From Bryobacteraceae bacterium (GTDB taxonomy: Bacteria; Acidobacteriota; Terriglobia; Bryobacterales; Bryobacteraceae): a stretch of DNA of 64,000 nt. Position 1 is the first letter of the stretch. Each line of letters begins with the position of its first letter. Shown piece after piece: positions 20,868 through 30,053 of this stretch. The notes under the pieces are model-generated. The model searched no databases, was not told the DNA's origin, and saw only the letters and a list, made by a program, of their open reading frames with translations. The stretch spans positions 152,473 to 216,472 of the forward strand of contig JAXLQM010000001.1 of assembly GCA_046331645.1 (NCBI GenBank). Reading direction: 5' to 3'. Made by a program: the position numbers and the translations under genes.

Positions 20868-21692
20868 TTAAGCAGGGCGACGGAGGAAAGCCAGAGCGAT
20901 CACCATTATGCCAAAAAACACCCTGTAAAGTACAAACCCTCGGAGAGAATTATTGCGGAGGAACTTGAGGAAGACGGCGATAACCAATAGACCTGTAAGG
21001 GCGCTAACCAGAATTCCGATGACGAAGGGGGCCACCATGTCGGGGGCGACGCCTCCGTGTTTCCTCAAGTCCAGAAAGGCTTTAGCCGCCGCGGCGCCGA
21101 CCGCGGGGGTGGATAACAGGAAGGAGAAGCGGGCGGCGGTGTGGCGGCTCATGTTTCGGAACAGGCCGGCGGTGATGGTGATGCCGCTGCGGCTGGTTCC
21201 GGGGACAACGGCGAGGGCCTGGGCGAGTCCCACGGTCATCGCGTCGGCGAAGGTGAGCTCCTCGATCGGTTTGCGGGCGGCCGGGAGGCGGTCGGCGTAG
21301 CCCATGAGCAGGCCGACGGCAATCAGCATGAAGCCGATGCTCCAGGGGCCGCGGAGGGCGGTTTCGGCATAGTTCTCCAGGGTCAGGCCGGCGATGCCGA
21401 CCGGGATGGTGGCGGCGGCCATCCACCAGAGAAGATTCTTGTTGGTGGCCAGGGACGGGTCGGGGCGGTAGGGGATGTTGAAGGCCTGTGCCGTGATCTG
21501 GAGCCAGTCTCTAAAGAAATAGATGAGGACGGCGAGCAGCGTGCCGAAGTGGAGGGCGATGTCGAAGGTCAGCCCCTGATCTTTCCAACCGAACAGCCAG
21601 GGGGCCAGGGCCAGATGCGCCGAACTGGAGATGGGCAGGAACTCGGTGAGTCCTTGGATGATGGCGAGGACGGCTGCCTCGATGATAGACAT
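20868..21692 (-). CDS. uppP: Undecaprenyl-diphosphate phosphatase.
   Basis: BacA/UppP signature [14 protein letters not shown]…, polytopic membrane protein. Confidence 0.9.
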   Translation of the reverse strand: MSIIEAAVLAIIQGLTEFLPISSSAHLALAPWLFGWKDQGLTFDIALHFGTLLAVLIYFFRDWLQITAQAFNIPYRPDPSLATNKNLLWWMAAATIPVGIAGLTLENYAETALRGPWSIGFMLIAVGLLMGYADRLPAARKPIEELTFADAMTVGLAQALAVVPGTSRSGITITAGLFRNMSRHTAARFSFLLSTPAVGAAAAKAFLDLRKHGGVAPDMVAPFVIGILVSALTGLLVIAVFLKFLRNNSLRGFVLYRVFFGIMVIALAFLRRPA

Positions 21693-21980
21693 GCAGCACT
21701 TATCCTAGCGCAGTATGCCTGCTCAATCTTCGGGAAGCTCATCCGTGAACGTGAAAAGCAAGAAGGGGATTTTGTCGATCAGCCGCTCTGAATGCGACCT
21801 ATTTGCCTTGTTTTGGGAGGCGCTTGGCGCCGGCCCAGTAGAGGCTCACTTCGTGGCCGTCGGGACCGTCGAGGTAGGCGTGCTTCGATGCAGCGAAATG
21901 GTTGCCGGGCCTGCGGGGCGAGTGAACGCGCCACGTCGCGGGTGTCGACCATGGCGTGGTTCAACTCCAGCGATGACCTG

Positions 21981-23183
21981 TTACGCCTGCCGGTATTCCT
22001 TCAGCGCTTCCTCGATCACGTCCAGGCCGATGCCGGGAATATCCGAAGCGATAATCTGGCCGTTTTCTATTTTGTACATTTCCTTATTACGGATTACCTT
22101 CGCGCCTGGCGACCATTGCTGCTGCGGCAGCAGCGGCGGAGTGATGAGGGCCACTTCCTGCCATTCGGCTCCGATGGCGAAGGTGGCCTGCAGCCAACCG
22201 GCGAGCATCAGCGCCATGGTGCCGTGGAGGATGGTGGGGACGTGGTAGCCGTCGGCCATGAACGCGACCTTGCGGCAGGTGAAGATGCCGCCAGAGCCGC
22301 GGCCTTCGGGCTGGAGGATGTCGTAGGTACGGTGAATGAGGCACTGCTGGAAATCGCGCACGCCAACATAGCCTTCGCCGCCGGTGATCAGAATGTCTAC
22401 CATCGAAGCCAGCTTCGCCGGTGACTTGTAGTCGTTGCGGGCGAAGGGTTCTTCCAGCCAATAGGCTCCGGCGCGCTGCAGGGCGCGGGCGACTTTGAGT
22501 CCGGTGTCGAAGCTCCACACGGGCTGGCCGATGGATTCGGGCAGATGCGCGGTGCGGTCGAACATGATGGCGAAATCGGGTCCGGTGGCGGCGCGGATCT
22601 CGGCGCAGGCGTCGGCGTCGTCGATGGGGTTGGGGCGCCAGGCGCGGATCTTCATCCCTTTGAACCCGGCGTTTTTGAGGCGCACCGCTTGTTCGGCCTG
22701 CTCGCGGTAGGAGATATGCTGCTGGTCGGCTTTGCCTTTCCAAACGCAGGTGACGTAGGCGGTGACTTTGTTATTGCCGCCGCCGAGCAGGCGGTACACC
22801 GGTTGTTTGGCGATGCGGCCAATGGCGTCCCACATCGCGTGCTCGACGCCGCCCCAGCGTTCCAGGCCGTTGTCGAGGTGTTGCTCGATGGCGAAGAGAT
22901 CCTTGCCCACCAGCAGTTGGCGCACGGCGGCGAGTTGGCCGTTGCCGGGGCCGGCGAATGAGAAGCCTTTGACGCCGGCGTCGGTGGAGACTTCCACCAC
23001 GTTGTAGGCGTGGTTGTATCCGGCTTCGGCTTCGTCTTTCGTGACCGGGATGCGGATGTTGTAGATGTCGATTCCGGTGATCTTGACTTGCGCCGCTTTC
23101 ACGAGGAAAGGCGCGAGCGGGGTGGAGAGAAAGAGGCGGCGGCTAAGCACGACGGAACTCCTTGAGGGCGGCTTCATCGACAT
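21981..23183 (-). CDS. Enolase-superfamily (MR/MLE) protein with a twin-arginine signal peptide (paralog 1).
   Basis: MSMKPPSRSSVVLSRRLFLSTPLAPFLVKAAQ (SRRLFL Tat motif), then MR/MLE motifs KGMKIRAW…MFDRTA…YWLEEP…ILITGGE…DILQPE…GGI. Confidence 0.75.
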   Translation of the reverse strand: MSMKPPSRSSVVLSRRLFLSTPLAPFLVKAAQVKITGIDIYNIRIPVTKDEAEAGYNHAYNVVEVSTDAGVKGFSFAGPGNGQLAAVRQLLVGKDLFAIEQHLDNGLERWGGVEHAMWDAIGRIAKQPVYRLLGGGNNKVTAYVTCVWKGKADQQHISYREQAEQAVRLKNAGFKGMKIRAWRPNPIDDADACAEIRAATGPDFAIMFDRTAHLPESIGQPVWSFDTGLKVARALQRAGAYWLEEPFARNDYKSPAKLASMVDILITGGEGYVGVRDFQQCLIHRTYDILQPEGRGSGGIFTCRKVAFMADGYHVPTILHGTMALMLAGWLQATFAIGAEWQEVALITPPLLPQQQWSPGAKVIRNKEMYKIENGQIIASDIPGIGLDVIEEALKEYRQA

Positions 23184-24333
23184 CCAGGCCGAGGCCCGGT
23201 TTATCGGGGAGATAGACGTAGCCGTTTTCCACGCGCCACGCTTTGCGGTCTTTGAGCAGAACAAGGCCGGGCTCCCATTCTTCGGTAGGCAGATTGGGGC
23301 CTGCGCCGATCATCTCCTGCCACTCGCAATTGGTCATGGAGCAACCGGCCTGTATGTATCCGGCGAGCGAGAAGCCGCCGGTGCCGTGCTGGATGCAGGG
23401 GACACCGAAGGACGCGGCAAGGGTGGAGATTTTCTTCGCCGCCCAGATGCCGCCGCAGATGCGCGTATCGGGCTGCACCACGTCGTAGGTTTTGTTGTGG
23501 AGGAAGGCGGCGAACTCGAATAGCGTGCGGCCAAGCTCACCGCCCGTGATGAGAATGTCCACTTCGGCGGCGAGCCGCGCGGGCCCTTGCAGATCCATGC
23601 CGTCGAAGGGTTCTTCGAGCCAATAGGCGTTGTGTTTTTCCAAACCGCGGGCCACTTGGAGCGCGGTGGGGTAATCCCAAACCCAGCCGGGGCGCACGGC
23701 TGTGCGATCGAGCATGATCTTGAACGAAGGGCCGACCGCGGCACGAATGACGCCGACGGCATCGACATCATCCATGGGGCGCGGGCGCCAGGCACGGATC
23801 TTGATCGCGGTGTAGCCGTTGTTCTTGAGACGCAGGGCGAACTCGGCCTGGCGCTCATACGGCACATCGGACTGATCCTGTTTGCCAGGGAAGACGGTGG
23901 TGCGATAGATGCGCAACCGGTCGCGCGCCTTGCCCAGCAATTCGGCCACGGGGCGGCCGGAGATGCGGCCGATGGCGTCCCACATGGCGTGCTCCACGCC
24001 GGACCAGCCTTGCGTGCGCGACTCGCCGGAGTTCATTTGCAGGCGGCGCATGTGGCGATCCATGGCGAAGAGGTCATCGCCGACCAGCGTGGGCTTGACC
24101 CAACCGTTGAGCAGATCGGGGGCGATGCCGATGAACGATGTTCCGGTGACGCCCGCATCGGTATGGACGCGGGTCACGGCGTAGCGATAGGCGCGGAGCG
24201 GATCGGGCTTGCCTCCGTCCGGCACGCGCACGGTGAACGATTCGACATTGGTGATCTTCACGCGTGGGGCCGGGGCGGGGAAGGCCCACGGTGCTCCCAG
24301 GAGCGCGGAGAGCGCGGTGCGGCGAGTTACCAT
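23143..24333 (-). CDS. Enolase-superfamily (MR/MLE) protein with a twin-arginine signal peptide (paralog 2).
   Basis: MVTRRTALSALLGAPWAFPAPAP (Tat motif TRRTAL), then TAIKIRAW…MLDRTA…YWLEEP…ILITGGE…DVVQPD…GGI. About 40% identical to paralog 1 by eye. Overlaps the TBDR stop and the paralog-1 start. Confidence 0.75.
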   Translation of the reverse strand: MVTRRTALSALLGAPWAFPAPAPRVKITNVESFTVRVPDGGKPDPLRAYRYAVTRVHTDAGVTGTSFIGIAPDLLNGWVKPTLVGDDLFAMDRHMRRLQMNSGESRTQGWSGVEHAMWDAIGRISGRPVAELLGKARDRLRIYRTTVFPGKQDQSDVPYERQAEFALRLKNNGYTAIKIRAWRPRPMDDVDAVGVIRAAVGPSFKIMLDRTAVRPGWVWDYPTALQVARGLEKHNAYWLEEPFDGMDLQGPARLAAEVDILITGGELGRTLFEFAAFLHNKTYDVVQPDTRICGGIWAAKKISTLAASFGVPCIQHGTGGFSLAGYIQAGCSMTNCEWQEMIGAGPNLPTEEWEPGLVLLKDRKAWRVENGYVYLPDKPGLGLDVDEAALKEFRRA

Positions 24334-27300
24334 TGCAGTCTCCCGGCGATTTGCATGATGCGTGGATCGGCGGCGGCGGTGACGCGTCCGAAGGTGGCAG
24401 TGTTCTGCGTGCCGATGGGATTGAAGAATTGAGTGTGGTTGAAGAAATTGAACCACTCGAAGCGCAACTGGAACTTGCCGGCTTCGCCGAGCACCGGCAT
24501 GCCGAAATTCTTCGCCATGGAGATGTCCCACTGGTTCACGCCGAAGCCCGGTTGCGTATTGCGGGCGGCGTTGCCGAAGGAGCCGATGGCAGGAGTGGAG
24601 TAGGCGGCGCGGTCGAGTCCGATCAGGCCGTTGGTGCGCGGATCAAGTTTCGCGGCGGGAGTGCCCGTGGCGTTGGGCCGTTGCGCGCCGCTGCCGACAC
24701 GGGCCAGGTCGCCGGCGGTGGCCACCGAGAACGGTGCGCCACTGCGGAAATTGACGATGCCGTTGAATTGCCAGCCGCCGATGATGGCGTCGAGCGCTTT
24801 GTTCTCGATGGCGATGGCGCGGCCTTTGCCGACGGGGATGTCGTCGACGAAGCCGGCAATGAAATTGTGGCGGATGTCGTTGTCGGCGAGACCACGCTCG
24901 GGACGGCGGTCATACATGTTCTGGCCCGCCGCGCCGCTGTCGATGATCTTGCCGTAGGTGTAGGCGCTGGTGACGGAGAGCCCCTTCCACACGCGCTGTT
25001 CCAGGCGCACGAAAGCGGCGTTGTAATTCGACCACTGGTAGTTCGCGGTCTGGCTGAAACTGGGCAGCGCTTTGGGGAACGGAGACCGTTCGGCGAAGGG
25101 CGAAGGGTTGGCCGGATTCGCGGGCAGACGCGGCTGATTCACCAGAATCGAGCCGACCTGTTTGTGGCCGGTGTTGCCCATGTAGCCCGTTTCGATCAGC
25201 AGGTTGGTCTTGAGCTGATGCTGGATGTTGAGGTTATAGGAGTACATGTAGCCGTCGCGCCGCGTGAGGTCGTTGTTGGATCCGACGCTGCTGGCGAGTT
25301 CGGCGGCAGTGGGGAAGAGGTCAGTGAGCAGCCGCGGTGTCTGGTTGGGCAGATTGATCACCGTGCCCTGGACGAAGAATGGCAGCGTGCTGGTCATCGC
25401 GCCGAGTGTCGCGCCGCCGGTGTTGAGCAGCGAGAACAAGCCAATGCCGGTGCGGATCACGGTCTTGTTCGACAGGCGGTAGGCGATGCCGAGGCGCGGC
25501 ATGAAGTTGTTCTTGTCGGTGACGATGGGGCGTTCCGGAAGCACAATGGAGTTGGTGTTCACCAAGCCCACGCCGGGTTCGTAGTATTGCGTCTGCCCGG
25601 CGAGCAACTGGCGGTTGGTGCCGAGATCGAAGTTGGCCAGGCGGCCGCGCCAGTTCTGGAAAATCTCGTAGCGCACGCCGAGGTTCAGGGTGAGCTTGTC
25701 GGTGATTTTCCAATCGTCCTGGAAGAAGGCCTGGTAGCGGGTTCCGATGGAATATTTGGCCACGCCGCCGAAGGCGGGCGAGATGCTGCCCAGGCCGCCG
25801 GTGGCCGAGGAGGGCATGCCGAGGAGGTAATCGGCGAACGATTCATCCGTGTAGAAATTGTTCTGGAAGTTGAAATTGCCGTTCTGATTGGAGCCCTGGT
25901 CATAGCCGACCATGAGGCGATTCCAATCGCCGCCGAACTTCATGGAGTGGCTGCCGCGGATATAAGTGAGCGTTTCGGCGGCGCGGTAATAGATATTGTT
26001 CTGGACGATGCGGGTGCCATAGCCGGCGAATCCGGAAGAGGCTCGGCCCGCGCCGGGGTTCCATTCGGGGAAGGCGATGTTCGGCTCGGTATAATCGCCG
26101 GGGATTGCGGCGAGGTTCTTCAGACCGAGTTCGGCGGCGTAGTTCTTGCTGTAGCGATCGCCATCGCTGACGCGGGCGAGGTAGGCTTTGGTGAAGCCGA
26201 GCCGCGATTCGCTGATGAGATTGCCGCCGAAGGTGTGGGTGTAGCCGAGGGCAGCGTTCTGCGAACGATCGGGACGGATGACGCCCTTCCCCGGGCGGTA
26301 GGAGGCATCCACCAGCCCGTTGTCGGCAAAGCTCCAGCGTCCGAACAGATGGCCGCGTTCGGAGAGGCGGTGATCGACGCGGATGGTGAATTGATCGCGG
26401 CGCTCGCGGTCGGGCGGGGTGGTGATGTAGTTCAGGTTGTTCGCCAGCGGGACGTTGGGGTCGGGGAAGAACTGCAACAATTCATTGGAAATGCGATTGA
26501 AACGCGTGCGGGGGATAATGTTTCCGGGGAAGGGGGTGCGGCCGTTGTTGGGGTCGCGCACCACCACGGTGGGTTTGTTGGGCACGGCGCTGAAATCGCC
26601 TTGCTTCATTGCGGGTGTGGGCACCAGGCCGAGCAGGATGTTGCCGGTGCGGCGGCGGCGTCCTTCGTAATTGCCGAAGAAGAATGTTTTGTCTTTGCGG
26701 ATCTTGCCGCCGAAGTTGCCGCCGAATTGGTTGTAGCTGAAGCGCGGCGTGCCGCGGGCCGGGCGGAAGAACGGGCCGGCCTGGAAGGCGCGGTTGCGGA
26801 CGTAATCGTAGAGCACGCCGTGATAGGAGTTGGTGCCGCGTTTGGAAACCATGTCGATGCCCGCCGCGCCGTAGCCGTAACTGGCGTCCATGAAGTTGGT
26901 CTGCACCTTGAATTCTTCCAACATGTCGAGCGAGAGGGCGATGGCCGGGTTGTTGATGTTGGCCACGGAGAAATCGACGCCATCGAGCATGGCGTTGGTG
27001 GAGGTGTTGCGCACACCGCCGATTTCGATGGAGCGCTCATCCATCACGGAAGAGGTTCCGCGCACCTTCACCGCGCCCGGCGTAAGGGCGACGAGGTCAT
27101 AGAAATTTCGTGCGTTGAGCGGGAGTTCAATGATGGTGCGGTTGTCGATGACCGTGCCCATCACCGCGGTGTTGGTTTGCAATTGCGGAATGGCGGACTG
27201 AACGGAGACTGTTTCGGAAACCACGCCAAGCTGCATCACGATATCGACGCGGGCCTGTGAGTTGACGCGCAGTTCCACGTCGTTGACGGTGGCCGTCTTG

Positions 27301-27545
27301 AACTGGCCGCCGGCCGCGGTGATCGCATAGCGCCCCGTGAGCAGCGCGTTGAATTGGTAGTTGCCCGATTCGTCGGTGGTGAACTCGCGGGTTTCGTTTG
27401 TGCCGAGGTTCTTGGCTGTAACTTTAATGGATGGCACGACGGCTCCGGTGGAGTCAGTGACGGTGCCGAGAATGGTGCCGCGGCCGTACTGACCGTGCAT
27501 CTCAGACATTGAAATCGCAATTAGAATGGTGAGGAATTTCAACAT
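24327..27545 (-). CDS. TonB-dependent receptor, CarboxypepD_reg / plug / barrel acidobacterial type.
   Basis: MLKFLTILIAISMSEMHGQYGRGTILGTVTDSTGAVVPSIKVTAKNLGTNETREFTTDESGNYQFNALLTGRYAITA…, plug NARNFYDLVALTPG, and a long beta-barrel ending …FEWFNFFNHTQFFNPIG…GRLQW. The track's extra 54 N-terminal residues are unlikely. Confidence 0.85.
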   Translation of the reverse strand: MLKFLTILIAISMSEMHGQYGRGTILGTVTDSTGAVVPSIKVTAKNLGTNETREFTTDESGNYQFNALLTGRYAITAAGGQFKTATVNDVELRVNSQARVDIVMQLGVVSETVSVQSAIPQLQTNTAVMGTVIDNRTIIELPLNARNFYDLVALTPGAVKVRGTSSVMDERSIEIGGVRNTSTNAMLDGVDFSVANINNPAIALSLDMLEEFKVQTNFMDASYGYGAAGIDMVSKRGTNSYHGVLYDYVRNRAFQAGPFFRPARGTPRFSYNQFGGNFGGKIRKDKTFFFGNYEGRRRRTGNILLGLVPTPAMKQGDFSAVPNKPTVVVRDPNNGRTPFPGNIIPRTRFNRISNELLQFFPDPNVPLANNLNYITTPPDRERRDQFTIRVDHRLSERGHLFGRWSFADNGLVDASYRPGKGVIRPDRSQNAALGYTHTFGGNLISESRLGFTKAYLARVSDGDRYSKNYAAELGLKNLAAIPGDYTEPNIAFPEWNPGAGRASSGFAGYGTRIVQNNIYYRAAETLTYIRGSHSMKFGGDWNRLMVGYDQGSNQNGNFNFQNNFYTDESFADYLLGMPSSATGGLGSISPAFGGVAKYSIGTRYQAFFQDDWKITDKLTLNLGVRYEIFQNWRGRLANFDLGTNRQLLAGQTQYYEPGVGLVNTNSIVLPERPIVTDKNNFMPRLGIAYRLSNKTVIRTGIGLFSLLNTGGATLGAMTSTLPFFVQGTVINLPNQTPRLLTDLFPTAAELASSVGSNNDLTRRDGYMYSYNLNIQHQLKTNLLIETGYMGNTGHKQVGSILVNQPRLPANPANPSPFAERSPFPKALPSFSQTANYQWSNYNAAFVRLEQRVWKGLSVTSAYTYGKIIDSGAAGQNMYDRRPERGLADNDIRHNFIAGFVDDIPVGKGRAIAIENKALDAIIGGWQFNGIVNFRSGAPFSVATAGDLARVGSGAQRPNATGTPAAKLDPRTNGLIGLDRAAYSTPAIGSFGNAARNTQPGFGVNQWDISMAKNFGMPVLGEAGKFQLRFEWFNFFNHTQFFNPIGTQNTATFGRVTAAADPRIMQIAGRLQW

Positions 27546-27600
27546 GGAGGGTCTCCCGTTCCGGGCAGTATATACCAGTTGCCGCGCGCGTGGTGAAAGA

Positions 27601-28767
27601 ATGATAGAAAATATCGGGATGGATGAAAACAAGCGCCCACTCACCGACCCTACGACCGGGGCCGAAATCATAGAGGATGCAGAGCAACTGGATACCGCAC
27701 TGTGCATGTCCGGTGGTGGATACCGGGCGATGATCTTTCATCTCGGCACGCTGCTGCGGTTGAACGAAGCGGGATTGTTGCCGAAGATCGATCTGTTCTC
27801 GAGTGTCTCGGGCGGGTCGATCACGAACGGCGTGTTGGGATTGGCATGGCCGAAGCTGAACTTTGACGCCAATGGCGTTGCCTCGAATCTGGGCACGCTG
27901 GTGGTGGACAAGGTGCGCACGCTCGCCGATGAGACGGTGGATGAGGAGTCGATTGTGCTGGGCGTGCTGTGGTTCGGCACGGTGTCGGACCGCGTGGCGG
28001 GCGCCTATGATAAGTACCTGTTTCACGGGGCCACGCTGCAGGAACTGCCCGACAAGCCGCGCTTCGTTTTCAATGCGACGAATGTGCAGACACGCTCGCT
28101 GTTCCGTTTTTCGAAACCTTACGCCGCCGATTACCGGATCGGGCTGTGGATGAAGCCGGATCTGGAGATTGCCAAAGCAGTCACGGCTTCGTCGGCGTTT
28201 CCGCCCGTCTTATCGCCCTGCACGGTGAAGGTGGATGAGGATGCGTGGGAAAAAGAAGGGCGCGGGCCGCTGTGCATGAAGCCCTACACCACGAACCTGG
28301 TGCTGACCGATGGCGGAGTGTACGATAACCTGGGCCTGGAATCGCCGTGGAAGCGTTCGAAGACGATCTACGTGAGCGATGCCGGCGGGGCGACTCCAGC
28401 CGAGGCGGATCCGGACGAAAACTGGGTGGGCCATAGCAAACGCGTGCTGGATCTGGTGGACACACAAGTGCGGAGCCTGCGCAAACGAATGCTGATTCAA
28501 GCGTACAAGGCGAAAGAAAAGAATGGCGGATACTGGGGAATCCGGCAGGATATTTCCGAATACAAAGCGCCCGGCCGGTTCGAGGTGCCGCTCGATCGGA
28601 GCCTGGCCCTGGCCAACACTCCAACCCGGTTGAAGAAGATGAATGATACGCTGCAGGAGCAGTTGATCAATTGGGGCTACGCCATCACGGACGCGGCGCT
28701 ACGGAGCTATCCGCATCCGGAGTTGCCGGGGCCCAAGGGGTTGCCGTATCCAGGGAGCGGCATCTAA
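27601..28767 (+). CDS. Patatin-like phospholipase family protein.
   Basis: Oxyanion hole CMSGGGYRAMIFHLG, nucleophile elbow SVSGGS and catalytic Asp block LTDGGVYDNLG. No signal peptide. The start is uncertain (27601 or 27619). Confidence 0.8.
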   Translation: MIENIGMDENKRPLTDPTTGAEIIEDAEQLDTALCMSGGGYRAMIFHLGTLLRLNEAGLLPKIDLFSSVSGGSITNGVLGLAWPKLNFDANGVASNLGTLVVDKVRTLADETVDEESIVLGVLWFGTVSDRVAGAYDKYLFHGATLQELPDKPRFVFNATNVQTRSLFRFSKPYAADYRIGLWMKPDLEIAKAVTASSAFPPVLSPCTVKVDEDAWEKEGRGPLCMKPYTTNLVLTDGGVYDNLGLESPWKRSKTIYVSDAGGATPAEADPDENWVGHSKRVLDLVDTQVRSLRKRMLIQAYKAKEKNGGYWGIRQDISEYKAPGRFEVPLDRSLALANTPTRLKKMNDTLQEQLINWGYAITDAALRSYPHPELPGPKGLPYPGSGI

Positions 28768-28769
28768 AC

Positions 28770-29867
28770 ATGAAACGCAGAGATTTTCTTGGGGCCTCGC
28801 TGGCGGCGGCTGCCCCCGCTGCCGAAGGCGATGCCTTGCGGCTGTGGGTGTTCAGCGATGCTCACGTCGGTACGGACAAGAAGCGTGGGGAGCGCGAGAG
28901 CCTCGCCGATGCGATCCGGCAAGCGGAATCGGGCGCCTTTGAGTGGGATCTGGCGCTCGACCTGGGCGATCAATCGGGCGGCCAAGGTGTCCCCGAGGAT
29001 GACGAAGGCCAGGAGGTTGTGCGGCAATTCGGCGTCCTGCGCAAACACCGTCGCGAGGATATTTACAGCGTGTGCGGGAATCATGACCGCAGCGGGCTCG
29101 ATCAGCCGAAGAACGAATGGTGGCGCAAGTGGGTGGATCCAACTGGCGAGAATGCGCGTTATTCAGGCGTGCATGCCAACCGCCGGCGCTACGCTATTGA
29201 GGGCACCTGGGAGCGCTATTCCTTCCGCGTGGGCAATGTGTTGTTCCTCATGATGAGCGATATCAATGAGCCGTCGCAGAAGGTGGGGCGGGGAACCTTA
29301 GGGGGCAATCCGGGCGGCGTAGTGACCGGAGAGACGTTCGAATGGTGGAAGAAGATGGTGGAGTCCAACCAGGACAAGATCATCATCTCGGCGCATCATT
29401 ACATGCTGAAGAACACCACCGTTGCCAGCGGGGAGTGGGAAGGGTTTCGCAAGGACGAGCAAGGGAATTGGAAATCGCACTATCACGGCTACTATCCGCA
29501 GGGATCGCCGAAGGGTGCGTCCTATTTGTACTGGGTGGACAGTAAGCCGGATGCGCAGGCGTTCGAACATTATCTGGAAGCGCATCCCGGCGCGATTGCG
29601 CTATGGCTGGGCGGGCACACGCACACCAATCCCGAGGACAAGGCGGGCAACAAATCGCATTTCGAAACCAAGTGGGGCGTGCACTTCCTGAACGTGGCGG
29701 CATTGACGTCGCATCATGTGGGCAGCAGTGTGCCGATGAGCCGGGTGTTGACCTTGCGCGGAAATGAACTGCGGGCACAGTGCTACTTGCACACCGATAA
29801 ATTCGCGCCACAGGGCTGGTATGACCGGGCGGAGCGGCGGGTTAAGCTGAGCAAGCGCCTGCAGTGA
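28770..29867 (+). CDS. Calcineurin-like metallophosphoesterase with a Tat signal peptide.
   Basis: MKRRDFLGASLAAAAPAAEG. Metallophosphatase motifs VFSDAHVGTD, DLGDQSGG, CGNHDRS and GGHTH. Confidence 0.75.
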   Translation: MKRRDFLGASLAAAAPAAEGDALRLWVFSDAHVGTDKKRGERESLADAIRQAESGAFEWDLALDLGDQSGGQGVPEDDEGQEVVRQFGVLRKHRREDIYSVCGNHDRSGLDQPKNEWWRKWVDPTGENARYSGVHANRRRYAIEGTWERYSFRVGNVLFLMMSDINEPSQKVGRGTLGGNPGGVVTGETFEWWKKMVESNQDKIIISAHHYMLKNTTVASGEWEGFRKDEQGNWKSHYHGYYPQGSPKGASYLYWVDSKPDAQAFEHYLEAHPGAIALWLGGHTHTNPEDKAGNKSHFETKWGVHFLNVAALTSHHVGSSVPMSRVLTLRGNELRAQCYLHTDKFAPQGWYDRAERRVKLSKRLQ

Positions 29868-29904
29868 TATCCTGAAGAAGTTGATGGGCGCCGCATGCGG
29901 TGCT

Positions 29905-30053
29905 CTTGCATCAAGAGTTGGGACAATGCCCAACGCCAACCTGCTTTCCGGGCAAGGTGGCGCTCCCGTCAGGGAGGATGTGGTCCAGCCGGCAATGAAA
30001 CGGAATTCGCCACTCGCATCAGTCCCGCACGATTTGGAAGGAACACAAGGCAC
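29905..30053 (+). promoter_or_regulatory. Structured 5' leader of metA: four or five stem-loops with an S-box-like CUCUUGCAUCAAGAG motif; candidate SAM-responsive riboswitch variant.
   Basis: Hairpins CUCUUG/CAAGAG, UUGGG/CCCAA, CGCCA(A)CCU/AGGUGGCG and CUCCC/GGGAG lie within 186 nt upstream of metA. GGGAC…GCCC, GCCAACC and GGUG blocks resemble the SAM-I/IV cores. I could not run a covariance-model search. Confidence 0.35.

Noticed and set aside
21693-21980. Possible terminator or RNA element between uppP and the enolase operon.
   Set aside because: There are only weak, imperfect palindromes (CCACG…CGTGG, GGCGC-TTG-GCGCC) without a U-tract. This is not convincing.
24264-27260. 998-aa plus-strand ORF.
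   Set aside because: It is antisense to the second TBDR, with a Gly/Ala/Val-rich nonsense composition.
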